Positions 49,855 to 59,512 of a stretch of 64,000 nt of DNA are shown in pieces. Each line of letters begins with the position of its first letter. Position 1 is the stretch's first letter. The notes beneath the pieces were generated by a model. That model ran no database searches. It worked only from the letters and a program-made list of their open reading frames with translations, and was not told the DNA's origin. The position numbers and the translations under genes were made by a program. The stretch covers positions 28,611-92,610 of the forward strand of contig JACPCW010000110.1 of assembly GCA_016184365.1 (NCBI GenBank), written 5' to 3'. The stretch is from Candidatus Rokuibacteriota bacterium (lineage in GTDB: Bacteria; Methylomirabilota; Methylomirabilia; Rokubacteriales; CSP1-6).

Positions 49855-50795
49855 CAGTAGCGGATTCTCGGATCCAGCACGACGTAGAGCAGATCGATCA
49901 CGAGGTTGATCAGGACGTAGACGCCGGACACGATCAGGATGACGGCCTGGATCACCGGGTAGTCCCGGCGAAGAATGGCGTCGACGGTGAGCCGGCCGAT
50001 GCCCGGCAGCGCGAACACGCTTTCGGTGACCACGACGCCGCCCACCATGAGCGCGACCCCGACGCCGATGATCGTCACCACGGGCAGGCTGGCGTTCTTG
50101 AGCGCGTGACGCATCAGCACGCCGGCGGGCGGCAGGCCCTTCGCGTACGCGGTCCGGATGTAGTCCTCGCGCAGCACGGTCAGCATGCTCGCCCGCGTCA
50201 TGCGGGTGATCAGCGCGACGTACACGAAGCCGAGCGTCATCGCCGGCAGGATGAGCTGGCGCAGGAACGGCCAGAAGCCCTTCGCGATCGGCGAATAGCC
50301 CTGCACCGGCAGCCAGCCGAGCTGCACCGCGAACACCCAGACGAGCAGGAAGCCCAGCCAGAAGACCGGCATCGAGAATCCGGACACCGCGAAGACCATG
50401 ACGCTGCGGTCGATCCAGCTCCCCTGCTTCCAGGCGGCGAGGACGCCGAGCGGCACGGCCACCGTCACCGCGATCAGCATCGTCAGCGTCGCCAGCGCGA
50501 CCGTGGGCTCGACGCGCTGCTTGATGAGCGTCGTCACCGGCAGCCCGGAGAAGATCGACGTGCCGAGATCGCCGCGCAGGAGATTGCCGAACCAGATCGC
50601 GAGCTGCTTCGGCAGGGGCTGGTCGAGACCGAGGCTCGAGCGGATGCGCACGACGTCGTCGGGGCTCGCGTAGTCGCCGGCGATCACCGAGGCCGGATCG
50701 CCGGGCGCCAGGCGCAGCAGACCGAAGACCGCGAGGGCCACGACCCCCATGACGGGGATCGTGGCCAGGAGTCGCCTGACGAGCAGCGGGAGCAA
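49854..50795 (-). CDS. ABC transporter permease (DppB/OppB-type)
   Basis: ..LVRRLLATIPVMGVVALAVFGLLRLAPGDP... TTG start inferred. Stop overlaps the DppC start. Confidence 0.75.
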   Translation of the reverse strand: MLPLLVRRLLATIPVMGVVALAVFGLLRLAPGDPASVIAGDYASPDDVVRIRSSLGLDQPLPKQLAIWFGNLLRGDLGTSIFSGLPVTTLIKQRVEPTVALATLTMLIAVTVAVPLGVLAAWKQGSWIDRSVMVFAVSGFSMPVFWLGFLLVWVFAVQLGWLPVQGYSPIAKGFWPFLRQLILPAMTLGFVYVALITRMTRASMLTVLREDYIRTAYAKGLPPAGVLMRHALKNASLPVVTIIGVGVALMVGGVVVTESVFALPGIGRLTVDAILRRDYPVIQAVILIVSGVYVLINLVIDLLYVVLDPRIRY

Positions 50796-50812
50796 GCGAC
50801 TACGCCGGCGGC

Positions 50813-52402
50813 CTAGCCCTCGACCGAGACGTTCCAGTAGAGGCTCGCCGGGAACGTCAGCACGCCCTTCACGTTCTTGCGGTACGCCGTCGGCTGCGTC
50901 CACTGGCCCCACGGCACGTACGGCACCTCGTCGTACGCGAGCGTCTGCACCTGCTCGGCGATCTGCTTGCGCTTGCCCTGGTCCGTCGCGCGAATCCAGT
51001 CGTGCCGCAGCTTCTCCATCTGCTCCGAGCAGTACCAGCCGAACCAGGCCTTGTCGCACGCGCCCGACAGGCCGGTGTTCACGGCGGGCGTCATGACGTC
51101 CGGGGAGATCCACGTCGCCATCATCAAGTTCCAGCCGCCGGCGCTCGGCGGATCCTTCTTGCTGCGCCGGGCGATGACGCTCGCCCAGTCCGACGCTTGA
51201 AGATCCACGTTGACGCCGATCTTGCCGAGCAGCTCGCGCGTGACGAGCGACGAGCCGTGCAGGCTCGGGTTGTCGGCGGGGTCGAGCAGCACGATCGGCT
51301 TGCCGTCGTAGCCGCTCTCCTTCATGAGCTGCCGCGCGCGCTCGAGATCCGGCTTGCGCGGCGCGCCGGCGGCCGTCTCGTACGGCGTGCCGCACATGTA
51401 GTACGTCGGGCACGTGCGGTAGTACTTCGGGTTGCCGATGACCGTCTGGAGGTACATCTCCTGGTCGACCATGTGCAGCAGCGCCTGCCGCGCCTTCTTG
51501 TTGTTGAACGGCGGGAACAGGTGGTTCGGCCGCACCCAGCCCTGGATGCCGCCGGGATTCTTCACGAACACGGTGATGTTCGGATTCTTCTCGAGGCGCG
51601 TCGCGAAGTCGGCGGGCGGGTTGTCCCACCAGTCGATCTCACCGGCCTCCAGCGCCGCGCTCGCGGTCGCCGCATCGGGGATGTAGCGCGCGATCACGCG
51701 GTCGACGTTCGCGCGCTTGCCGCCGGCGGCGCCGCTCGGGTTCTCGTTGCGCGGCACGTAGCCCTCGAAGCGCGTGTACACCACCTGGTTGCCGGGCTGC
51801 CACTCGTCCTTCACGAACCGGTACGGGCCGGAGCCGACGACTTCCTTGATCTGCTGGTTGGCGTCGGTCGAGGCCAGCCGCGCGGGCATGATGAACGGCA
51901 CGTTGCTCGAGGGCTTGCCGAGCGCGTCCAGCACCGCGCCGAACGGCTCCTTCAGCTCGAGCACGAACGTCTTCTTGTCGGTCGCGGCGAGCTTGCCGGT
52001 GGCGGCCATCATCAGCTTGCCGAGCGAGTCCTTCTTGCCCCAGCGCGCGAGCGACACGACGCAGTCCTCGGCGGTCACCGGAGAACCGTCGTGGAACTTG
52101 AGGCCGTCGCGGAGCGTGAACGACCACTTCATGTGGTCCTTGCTCGTCGTCCACTTGTCCACCATCTGCGGCTTCACGTTCAGGTTCGCGTCGCTCGCGA
52201 ACAGCGTGTCGTACACGAGGTATGCGTGATCGCGGGTGACGTAGGCCGTCGTCCAGATGGGGTCGAGGACCTTGAGGTCGGCGATCGGGACGATGCGGAT
52301 GGCGCCGCCGCGCTTCTGCGCGCGGGCGGAGGGCGCCACCGCGACCGCGCCGGACACGGTCGCTGCGCCGATCAGGAATGCTCGTCGCGAAATGCGTGCC
52401 AT
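50813..52402 (-). CDS. ABC transporter substrate-binding protein, family 5 (peptide/opine type), Tat signal
   Basis: GAAGGAGG RBS. MARISRRAFLIGAATVSGAVAVAPSARA. Confidence 0.85.
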   Translation of the reverse strand: MARISRRAFLIGAATVSGAVAVAPSARAQKRGGAIRIVPIADLKVLDPIWTTAYVTRDHAYLVYDTLFASDANLNVKPQMVDKWTTSKDHMKWSFTLRDGLKFHDGSPVTAEDCVVSLARWGKKDSLGKLMMAATGKLAATDKKTFVLELKEPFGAVLDALGKPSSNVPFIMPARLASTDANQQIKEVVGSGPYRFVKDEWQPGNQVVYTRFEGYVPRNENPSGAAGGKRANVDRVIARYIPDAATASAALEAGEIDWWDNPPADFATRLEKNPNITVFVKNPGGIQGWVRPNHLFPPFNNKKARQALLHMVDQEMYLQTVIGNPKYYRTCPTYYMCGTPYETAAGAPRKPDLERARQLMKESGYDGKPIVLLDPADNPSLHGSSLVTRELLGKIGVNVDLQASDWASVIARRSKKDPPSAGGWNLMMATWISPDVMTPAVNTGLSGACDKAWFGWYCSEQMEKLRHDWIRATDQGKRKQIAEQVQTLAYDEVPYVPWGQWTQPTAYRKNVKGVLTFPASLYWNVSVEG

Positions 52403-52466
52403 GCGTGCCTCCTTCGGTGAGGCCGGCATTATGCATGCCGCTCGGGGTTCGTGCAAAGATCGCGGC

Positions 52467-53849
52467 ATGACCCTCGTGATTCGCGACACCACCGTCGTCA
52501 CGTCCGATGCGGCGCGCACGGTGCGCCATGGCGCCTCGATCGCCGTCGGCGGCGACCGCGTCGCCGCCGTGGGCCCGCGCGACGAGATCGACCGCCGCTT
52601 TCCCGACGCCGAGCGTGTCGACGGCCGCGGCAAGGCCGTGTTCCCCGGGCTCGTGAACTGCCACACGCATCTGTGGTTCACGGTGGCGCGCGGCATCCAG
52701 GAGGACTTCGGATTCCCGTCGACGCTCGCGTTCCCGCAGACGGTGACGGATCTGCTGTCCCCCGAGGAGAACGCCGTGTTCGCCACGCTCGGCGCGCTCG
52801 AAGCGCTGCGCGGGGGCACCACGACGCTGTTCGACGTCGGCTTCCGCATTCCGGACTATGCGAAGCCCGTGGTCGCGAGCGGGCTGCGCATCGTGTTCGG
52901 GCCGTCGTCGAGCGATCTCGATCCGGCCGGCGTCCGCGACGGCCGGTTCACGTACTCGCCGGCGCGCGGTGAAAAGACGCTGCGCGCGGTCGACGACCTG
53001 ATTTCCGGATGGCACGGCGCCGAGCGCGGCCGCATCACCTGCCTCGTCGCCGCGCACGCCGCCGAGGCGTGCTCGCCGGATCTCCTGCGCGCCGCGCGCG
53101 AGCTCGCCGAGCGCCGGAACCTCGGCACCACGATCCACGTGAACCAGAGTCAATGGGAGGTGGACGCCGTCATGCGGGTGCGCGGCCTCCGCCCGACGGA
53201 GTACCTGTTCCAGTGCGGGTTCCTCGGTCCGCGCATGATCGGCGCGCACTGCCGCTACCTCTCGCCCGCGGAAGTCGCGCTGCTGGGCCGCAGCCGCGTG
53301 TTCGTCTCCCACAACGCCGCGATGGCCGCGCGCCGGGGATCGGCGCCGCCGATCCAGGCGCTCGAGGCCGCGGGCGCCACGATCGCGATGGGCTCCGACA
53401 ACATGGCGCACGACATGCTCGAAGTGATGCGCACCGGGCTCTTCATGGAGCGCGTGGCGCGCCAGGACGGCGAGCGTCCGTGGCCCGAAGACGTGCTGGA
53501 GTGGACGACGCGGAACGGCGCCATCGCGCTCGGGCTCGGCGCCGAGGTCGGCAGCCTCGAGGTGGGGAAGAAAGCGGACCTCGCGGTCGTGGACGCGCGC
53601 CGCCCGCACCTCGTGCCGAACGTCCGGATCGTGTCGGCGTTCATCCACAACGGCCAGGCCGGTGACGTCGAGTCCGTCATGGTCGATGGTCGCTGGCTGA
53701 TGCGCGATCGCCGCGTGCTGACGATCGACGAAGCCGACGTCGTCGCGCGGGCGGAGGCGCTGGGCCAGCGCGTGTGGCGCCAGCTCGTCGAGAAGTATCC
53801 GGACGTCCCGTTCCCGATCCGGCTGCCCGGCTCGGCGCCCTCCGCCTGA
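52467..53849 (+). CDS. amidohydrolase (guanine/8-oxoguanine/chloro-triazine deaminase family)
   Basis: ..GLVNCHTHLWF.. metal-binding HxH. ..HAAE.. and ..SDNM.. motifs. Confidence 0.8.
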   Translation: MTLVIRDTTVVTSDAARTVRHGASIAVGGDRVAAVGPRDEIDRRFPDAERVDGRGKAVFPGLVNCHTHLWFTVARGIQEDFGFPSTLAFPQTVTDLLSPEENAVFATLGALEALRGGTTTLFDVGFRIPDYAKPVVASGLRIVFGPSSSDLDPAGVRDGRFTYSPARGEKTLRAVDDLISGWHGAERGRITCLVAAHAAEACSPDLLRAARELAERRNLGTTIHVNQSQWEVDAVMRVRGLRPTEYLFQCGFLGPRMIGAHCRYLSPAEVALLGRSRVFVSHNAAMAARRGSAPPIQALEAAGATIAMGSDNMAHDMLEVMRTGLFMERVARQDGERPWPEDVLEWTTRNGAIALGLGAEVGSLEVGKKADLAVVDARRPHLVPNVRIVSAFIHNGQAGDVESVMVDGRWLMRDRRVLTIDEADVVARAEALGQRVWRQLVEKYPDVPFPIRLPGSAPSA

Positions 53850-53898
53850 GTGGCGTCGTCGGCACGGGTCCGCGACACCGGCGCCGCGCGCGTGCGTG

Positions 53899-54930
53899 TC
53901 ACGCCGCGCTGTCGTGGATCGTCACGCGCGTCCCCGTGCCCGACGCGAGTGCGGCCGCCAGCACACCCCGCGCGGTCACGACGTCCTGGACGGCGAGCCC
54001 GGTCGACTTGAAGACGCAGATCTCGTCGTCGCGCTGCCGGGCCGGCGCGCGGCCGAGCAGGATCTCGCCGAGCTCGGCGGCGATCGCCGTCGCGTCCAGC
54101 TCGCCCGACGCGATGCCGGCCACGAGCTCTCCGGCTTCGTGGAGCGCGGCCTCCCGCGAATCCACCACGAGCCGGTTGCCCCGGAGCGCTCCGACCGGCA
54201 GCTCGCGGTGACGGGCCGCGACGGAGGCGATCGTCGTCCCCGGACGGAGGTGGCGAGCCGCGAGCACCGGCGTCGGTGACGACGTGGCGGCCACCACCAG
54301 GTCGGCATCGGCCGGGGCCGCAGGATCGTCGGCCGCGGTCACGGCGAGGCCGAGATGGCCCGACATCTCCGCCGCGTAGCGCCGGCGATGCTCCGGCGTC
54401 GGAGAGTAGACGACCGCCGTGCGGAGCCGTCTCACGTGCGTCAGCGCCTCCAGGACGAGCCGCGCCAGCGGGCCGCTCCCGTACACGCCGGCAGTGGTCG
54501 CGTCCGGGCGCGAGAGCACGCGCACCGCGAGGGCCACCGCGGCGGCGGTGCGGGCGTTGGTCAGGTAGGTCGCGCTCAAGAACGCCAGCGGCAGACCGGT
54601 CTCCGGGTCGAGCAGCACGAGCGTGCCCAGCAGCGTCGGCAGGCCACGCTCGCCGTTGGTCAGGCAGCGCGCCAGCACCTTGCACCCGAGACCCCCAAGG
54701 GCGGGGACGGAGCCGAGCATCGCGGTGCTCGCCCGCTCGGGGGAGAGCTCGATGCGCGTCCGGAGCGGCGCGAGCACGCGGCCGGCGGAGAACTCGCGGA
54801 ACGCGAGCGCCTGCTGCTCGATGCAGTCCGGGAAGGTGAGCAGGCGGCGCACCTCGGCGTCGGTCAGGACGACGGTCTGGCGACGGTCGCGCAGCCCGGT
54901 GATCAGCTCCGTGGCGGTGTGCTCGTCCAT
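53899..54930 (-). CDS. ornithine cyclodeaminase/mu-crystallin family protein
   Basis: 343-aa Rossmann-type OCD family. Confidence 0.75.
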   Translation of the reverse strand: MDEHTATELITGLRDRRQTVVLTDAEVRRLLTFPDCIEQQALAFREFSAGRVLAPLRTRIELSPERASTAMLGSVPALGGLGCKVLARCLTNGERGLPTLLGTLVLLDPETGLPLAFLSATYLTNARTAAAVALAVRVLSRPDATTAGVYGSGPLARLVLEALTHVRRLRTAVVYSPTPEHRRRYAAEMSGHLGLAVTAADDPAAPADADLVVAATSSPTPVLAARHLRPGTTIASVAARHRELPVGALRGNRLVVDSREAALHEAGELVAGIASGELDATAIAAELGEILLGRAPARQRDDEICVFKSTGLAVQDVVTARGVLAAALASGTGTRVTIHDSAA

Positions 54931-55139
54931 GGCGCGGGTGCCCGTATCACATCGGTCGCGCCCGGCGACGCCAACCGGCCGTCCGCATCATTTTCCCGGT
55001 GCGCCTGGCGGACTCGCGCCGCGGCACCGATTATTCGATTGCCGCGAACGGCGGTCCGCCGCAGACTCGCCGCATGCGAGGCTGGGCACGCCGTGCCGTG
55101 GCACTCGCGCGACACCGGACGACGAGGAGGCACTCCCGC

Positions 55140-56981
55140 ATGTCCCGCCCCGTGCCCCAGCAGGACGCGATGCCGACCACCCGCGGCCTCAACTTCTACC
55201 GGGAGGACGCGAACCTCCAGTGGCTCTGCCGTGCGCTCATGCCCCGCGAGGTGTTCGAGCGCGCGGAGCCGCACCTGGTCGCGATGGGCGAGGCGGCCGG
55301 CGACGTGCTCGACGCCCTCGCCGCCGAGGCCGACCGTAACCCGCCGACCCTCCGGCCCTACGACGAGCGTGGACGCCGCATCGACGAGGTCGTGCGCCAC
55401 CCGTCGTACCGGGAGCTCGAGCGCCTCGCGTTCTCGCGCTTCGGGCTCGCCGCGATGTCGCACCGCGACGGCGTGCTCGGCTGGCCGGGACAGGCGCCGC
55501 ACCTCCTCAAGTACGCGCTCGTCTACCTGTTCTCGCAGGCGGAGTTCGGCCTCCTCTGCCCGGTGAACGTGACCGACTCGACAACGCGCATGCTGCGCCG
55601 CTACGGCAGCGCGGACCTCCAGGCCCGGTACCTTCCGCGGCTCACGACCACGGACTTCGACGCGCTCTGGCAGGGAACGCAGTGGATGACGGAGAAGACC
55701 GGCGGCTCGGACGTCGGCGCTTCGACGACGGTGGCGCGACGGGACGCGGACGGCGCCTGGCGACTCTGGGGCGACAAGTGGTTCTGCTCGAACGCGAACG
55801 CCGACGTGGCCCTCACGCTCGCCCGCCCGGAGGGCGCGCCGCCGGGGACGAAGGGCCTCGCGATGTTCCTCGTTCCCAAGGTCCTGCCCGACGGGACGAA
55901 GAACGCGTGGACGCTCAACCGGCTCAAGGACAAGCTCGGCTCGCGCTCGATGGCGACGGGCGAGGTGACCTACGCCGGCGCCGTCGCGTGGCTCGTCGGG
56001 GAGCCCGATCAGGGCTTCAAGCAGATGATGGAGATGGTCAACGTCTCGCGCCTGGCGAACGCGATCCGCGCCGCCGGCATCATGCGGCGGAGCCTGCTCG
56101 AGTCGCTCGTCCACGCGCGGGGCCGCGCCGCCTTCGGCCGGGCGCTCGCGGAGCTGCCGCTGCTCCGCCAGAACCTCTTCGAGATGCTGCTCGACAGCGA
56201 GGCCGCGACGACCGTCGTCCTCGGCGCCGCGGCCGTCTTCGACGGCTGGGACGCCGGGTCCGCCGAGGATCGGAAGCTCTTCCGCCTCCTCACCCCGCTC
56301 GCGAAGTACTGGACGACGATGCGCGCACGCTGGGTGGCGAGCGAGGCCATGAACGTGCGTGCCGGCAACGGCTACATCGAGGAGTGGCCGAACGCGCGGC
56401 TCGTCCGCGACAGCTACCTCGGCGCCATCTGGGAGGGCACGTCCAACGTCGTCGCGCTCGACGTGCAGCGCGCCCTCATGCGCGAGGGGTGTCTCGATCC
56501 GTTCCTCGGGCTCGTGTCGCGCCGTCTCGCCACCGTGTCCGACCGCGGCGCGAAGCCGTGGGTGGACGTGGCGCTCCGGACGCTGGAGACCGTCGAGCAG
56601 CAGGTGCGGCGCTGGCCCGATCTCTCGAAGCCCGAGCGCGAGCTGGAAGCCCGGCCGGTCGCCGACACGGCCTACCACCTCTACGCCTCGAGCCTCCTCT
56701 TCTCGGACGGCCAGACGCTGCGGGAGGACGTCGACGACTGGCGGAAGCTGCTGGTCGCGGTGCTCTACGCGCGGCGCTGGCTGCGCGCGCACGCGCCGAA
56801 CGCCGCCGTGTTCCCGGCGCGCGATCTCGCCTGGCTGGACGCCGTCGTGGACTGGGAGCCGGTGCCGGCGTCCGCGCTGCCGCCGCCCGACGACCCCACC
56901 ATGCACGCATTCGCGTCAACTGTCTGGCGCCCGGCTACGTCGACACCGACTTCGTCTACCTCGCCTCCTCGGCCTTCATGA
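55140..56981 (+). CDS. AidB-like acyl-CoA dehydrogenase family protein
   Basis: GAGGAGG RBS. ..FCSNANADVALTLAR.. and ..GNGYIEEWPNARLVRDSYLGAIWEGTSNV... The last ~20 codons overlap an SDR remnant. Confidence 0.7.
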   Translation: MSRPVPQQDAMPTTRGLNFYREDANLQWLCRALMPREVFERAEPHLVAMGEAAGDVLDALAAEADRNPPTLRPYDERGRRIDEVVRHPSYRELERLAFSRFGLAAMSHRDGVLGWPGQAPHLLKYALVYLFSQAEFGLLCPVNVTDSTTRMLRRYGSADLQARYLPRLTTTDFDALWQGTQWMTEKTGGSDVGASTTVARRDADGAWRLWGDKWFCSNANADVALTLARPEGAPPGTKGLAMFLVPKVLPDGTKNAWTLNRLKDKLGSRSMATGEVTYAGAVAWLVGEPDQGFKQMMEMVNVSRLANAIRAAGIMRRSLLESLVHARGRAAFGRALAELPLLRQNLFEMLLDSEAATTVVLGAAAVFDGWDAGSAEDRKLFRLLTPLAKYWTTMRARWVASEAMNVRAGNGYIEEWPNARLVRDSYLGAIWEGTSNVVALDVQRALMREGCLDPFLGLVSRRLATVSDRGAKPWVDVALRTLETVEQQVRRWPDLSKPERELEARPVADTAYHLYASSLLFSDGQTLREDVDDWRKLLVAVLYARRWLRAHAPNAAVFPARDLAWLDAVVDWEPVPASALPPPDDPTMHAFASTVWRPATSTPTSSTSPPRPS

Positions 56982-57028
56982 CCGGACAGACGATCTACCT
57001 CGACGGCAGGCAGACCATCACGGGGTAG
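56925..57028 (+). pseudogene. short-chain dehydrogenase C-terminal remnant
   Basis: VNCLAPGYVDTDF-VYLASSAFMTGQTIYLDGRQTITG* matches the SDR C-terminus with ~30 aa missing. Confidence 0.4.
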
Positions 57029-57229
57029 GCCGAAGACTTCGGCCTCGGGCCGGAGCGACTCGCATGTTCAGCGTCTCGCCCGCGTGGAACACGACCTGGC
57101 CCGGCGCGGTGGCCGGGATCCTGGTCATGCGCGACGTCGCGAACCCGGCCACGCACGTCGGCCTGGAGCGCCGGGTGGCGGAGCGGGAGGCCGAGCTGCG
57201 CGCCCGCTTCGGCGGCAGCGATCGAGCGG

Positions 57230-57579
57230 CGCTGCGCGCGATGCCGGCGCTGTGCGCCTACGCCGCGTACTACGTGGCGTTCAAGCTTGCCGACATGGCG
57301 GCGCGGATCGACGCCGTGCGGCTCATGATCCACCGCGCCGCGCGCCTCCGCATGGCGGGCCGCGAGTCCGTGCGCGAGGCGTCGATGGCGAAGTGCCTCG
57401 CGAGCGAGCTCGCCGTCCGCGTCGCCGCCGACGCCCTCCTCCTCCACGGCGGTGCCGGCTACCTCGAAGAGATGAAGATCGCGCGTCTCTACCGCGACGC
57501 GCCCGAGGCGTGGATCGGGGAGGGGACGAACGAGATCCAGCTCGGCGTGATCGCGCGCTCGCTCGGGCTCGGGTCGTGA
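57230..57579 (+). pseudogene. acyl-CoA dehydrogenase 3' fragment
   Basis: ..FKLADMAARIDAVRLMIHRAA..AKCLASELAVRVAADALLLHGGAGYLEEMKIARLYRDAPEAWIGEGTNEIQLGVIAR.. No N-terminal ACAD domains upstream. Confidence 0.5.
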
Positions 57580-57585
57580 CTGTCG

Positions 57586-58884
57586 CTAGCGGATCATGGT
57601 CTGCGGGATCAGCAGGATGATCTGCGGAAACGCGAGCAGGATGGCGACGTTGACGATGTCGACGACGACGAACCAGCCGCACCCCCGGAACATGTCGCCC
57701 ATGCTGACGTTCGGCGCCACCCCGCGCAGCACGTACACGTTGAGCCCGACCGGCGGCGTGATGAGCCCGATCTCCACCATCCGGATGACGAGGACACCGA
57801 AGACGATCGGGTGGACCCCGAGATGCTGGATCGTCGGCAGGACGACCGGCACCGTCAGCAGCAACATGCCGATGCCGTCCAGGAACATGCCCAGGACGAG
57901 ATAGAGGCCGAGGATCCCGATCAGCACGACCATCGGCGGCACGTCGAGCCCTGCGATCGACTGCGCGACGGCGCCGGGCATGCCCGTGAATCCCAGGAAG
58001 TTGACGTAGATGAGCACCCCGGCGACGATCGCGAAGATCAGCGAGGAGGCTCGGGCCGTCTCGACCATCGCGGCCCAGAACTGCCGCCATCTGAGTCGCC
58101 GCACGGCCATCGCGAGCGCGCCGAGCGCGCCGACGCCGGCCGCCTCGGTCGGCGTCGCGACGCCGGTGTAGATGCTGCCCATCACCAGCACGACCAGGAC
58201 GATCATTCCCGAGACCCCGATGAGCGACCGGAAGCGCTCCGCCCACGTGATGCCCCGGATCGGCGGCCCGAGGCGCGGATCGATACGGAAGCGCACGAGC
58301 AGCATGATCGCGTAGCTGAACGCCTCGAGGAGGCCCGGGAGGATGCCGGCGAGCAGCAGCGCGCCGATCGACTCCTCGGCGATGAAGCCGTAGACGACCA
58401 TCAGCACCGAGGGCGGGATCATGGTCGCCAGGGTCCCGCCGGCCGCCACGCAGCCGGTCGAGATCTTGTCGTCGTACCCGTACTTCTTGAGCTCCGGCAA
58501 GGCGACCCGGCCCATGACCGCGGCCGAGGCGGTCGAGGCGCCGCACGCCGCGGCGAAGCCGGCCGCGCCGACGATCGTCGCGATCGCGAGGCCCCCGGGC
58601 AGGTGGCCGAACCACTGCCGCGCCGTCCAGTAGAGGTCGCGCGTGATCCCGGCGTGATAGGCGAAGTAGCCCATCGCGATGAAGAGCGGCAGCACGAGCA
58701 GGTTGTAGTTCGTGACGTGACCGAAGATGCTCGTGGCGGACAGCGCCGCCGCCGGATCGTAGCCGCGCAGGAACCACAGGCCGAGGAATCCGCAGAGCGC
58801 GGTCGCGAACGCGATCCGCACGCCCGAGGCGAGCAGCACCGTCAGCGCGACGAACGAGGCGACGCCGAGCGTGACCGGGTCCAT
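57586..58884 (-). CDS. dctM: TRAP transporter large permease
   Basis: 432-aa DctM-family. Confidence 0.85.
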   Translation of the reverse strand: MDPVTLGVASFVALTVLLASGVRIAFATALCGFLGLWFLRGYDPAAALSATSIFGHVTNYNLLVLPLFIAMGYFAYHAGITRDLYWTARQWFGHLPGGLAIATIVGAAGFAAACGASTASAAVMGRVALPELKKYGYDDKISTGCVAAGGTLATMIPPSVLMVVYGFIAEESIGALLLAGILPGLLEAFSYAIMLLVRFRIDPRLGPPIRGITWAERFRSLIGVSGMIVLVVLVMGSIYTGVATPTEAAGVGALGALAMAVRRLRWRQFWAAMVETARASSLIFAIVAGVLIYVNFLGFTGMPGAVAQSIAGLDVPPMVVLIGILGLYLVLGMFLDGIGMLLLTVPVVLPTIQHLGVHPIVFGVLVIRMVEIGLITPPVGLNVYVLRGVAPNVSMGDMFRGCGWFVVVDIVNVAILLAFPQIILLIPQTMIR

Positions 58885-58896
58885 CGGACGGGGCTC

Positions 58897-59490
58897 CTAC
58901 TCGACCGCCGGCCCGGAGTGCGTGTCGGGCTCGTTCGCCGGGAAGCGTTCGGGATCGAACAGGTGCAGGACCTGGACGAACATGCGCAGGGACACGAGCC
59001 CGTAACCCAGCGGAATCGCCGCCGCCGCGGGCCACGTCTTGAAGTACGGCGGCGTCATGGTGACGTCGTCGTACGCCCAGAGCTGGAGGGCGTTCTTCCC
59101 GCTGAAGTACGCGAGGATCGCGCAGACCAGGATGCTGACGAGGAGCGTCGCCATCGTGGCGTAACGCCGCGCCGCCGGCGACAGCGCGTCCAGCACGAGG
59201 TCCATGCCGACGTGGCCGCGCGTGGCCTGCGTGTAGGACAGCGCGAGGAACACGATGATCGGCATGAGGAGCTCCGCGCCTTCGAGGTGGCCGGGGATCG
59301 GGGAGTTGAAGGCGTAGCGCATCACGACTTCGGCGCAGACGAAGCCCATCACGAACAGGATCGCCACGACGGAGCCGCAGAGCAGCGCGTACTCGACCAG
59401 CCACAGCGCGCGGCCGACGGGGCCGGCGACCGCCGTCGCCGCCGCCATGAGGGCGACGACGACGGCCACGAGGATCGCGAGCTCGTACAA
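58897..59490 (-). CDS. dctQ: TRAP transporter small permease
   Basis: 197-aa DctQ-family. Confidence 0.8.
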   Translation of the reverse strand: MYELAILVAVVVALMAAATAVAGPVGRALWLVEYALLCGSVVAILFVMGFVCAEVVMRYAFNSPIPGHLEGAELLMPIIVFLALSYTQATRGHVGMDLVLDALSPAARRYATMATLLVSILVCAILAYFSGKNALQLWAYDDVTMTPPYFKTWPAAAAIPLGYGLVSLRMFVQVLHLFDPERFPANEPDTHSGPAVE

Positions 59491-59512
59491 GTCCCGGGCC
59501 GCTCGGCCTGGG

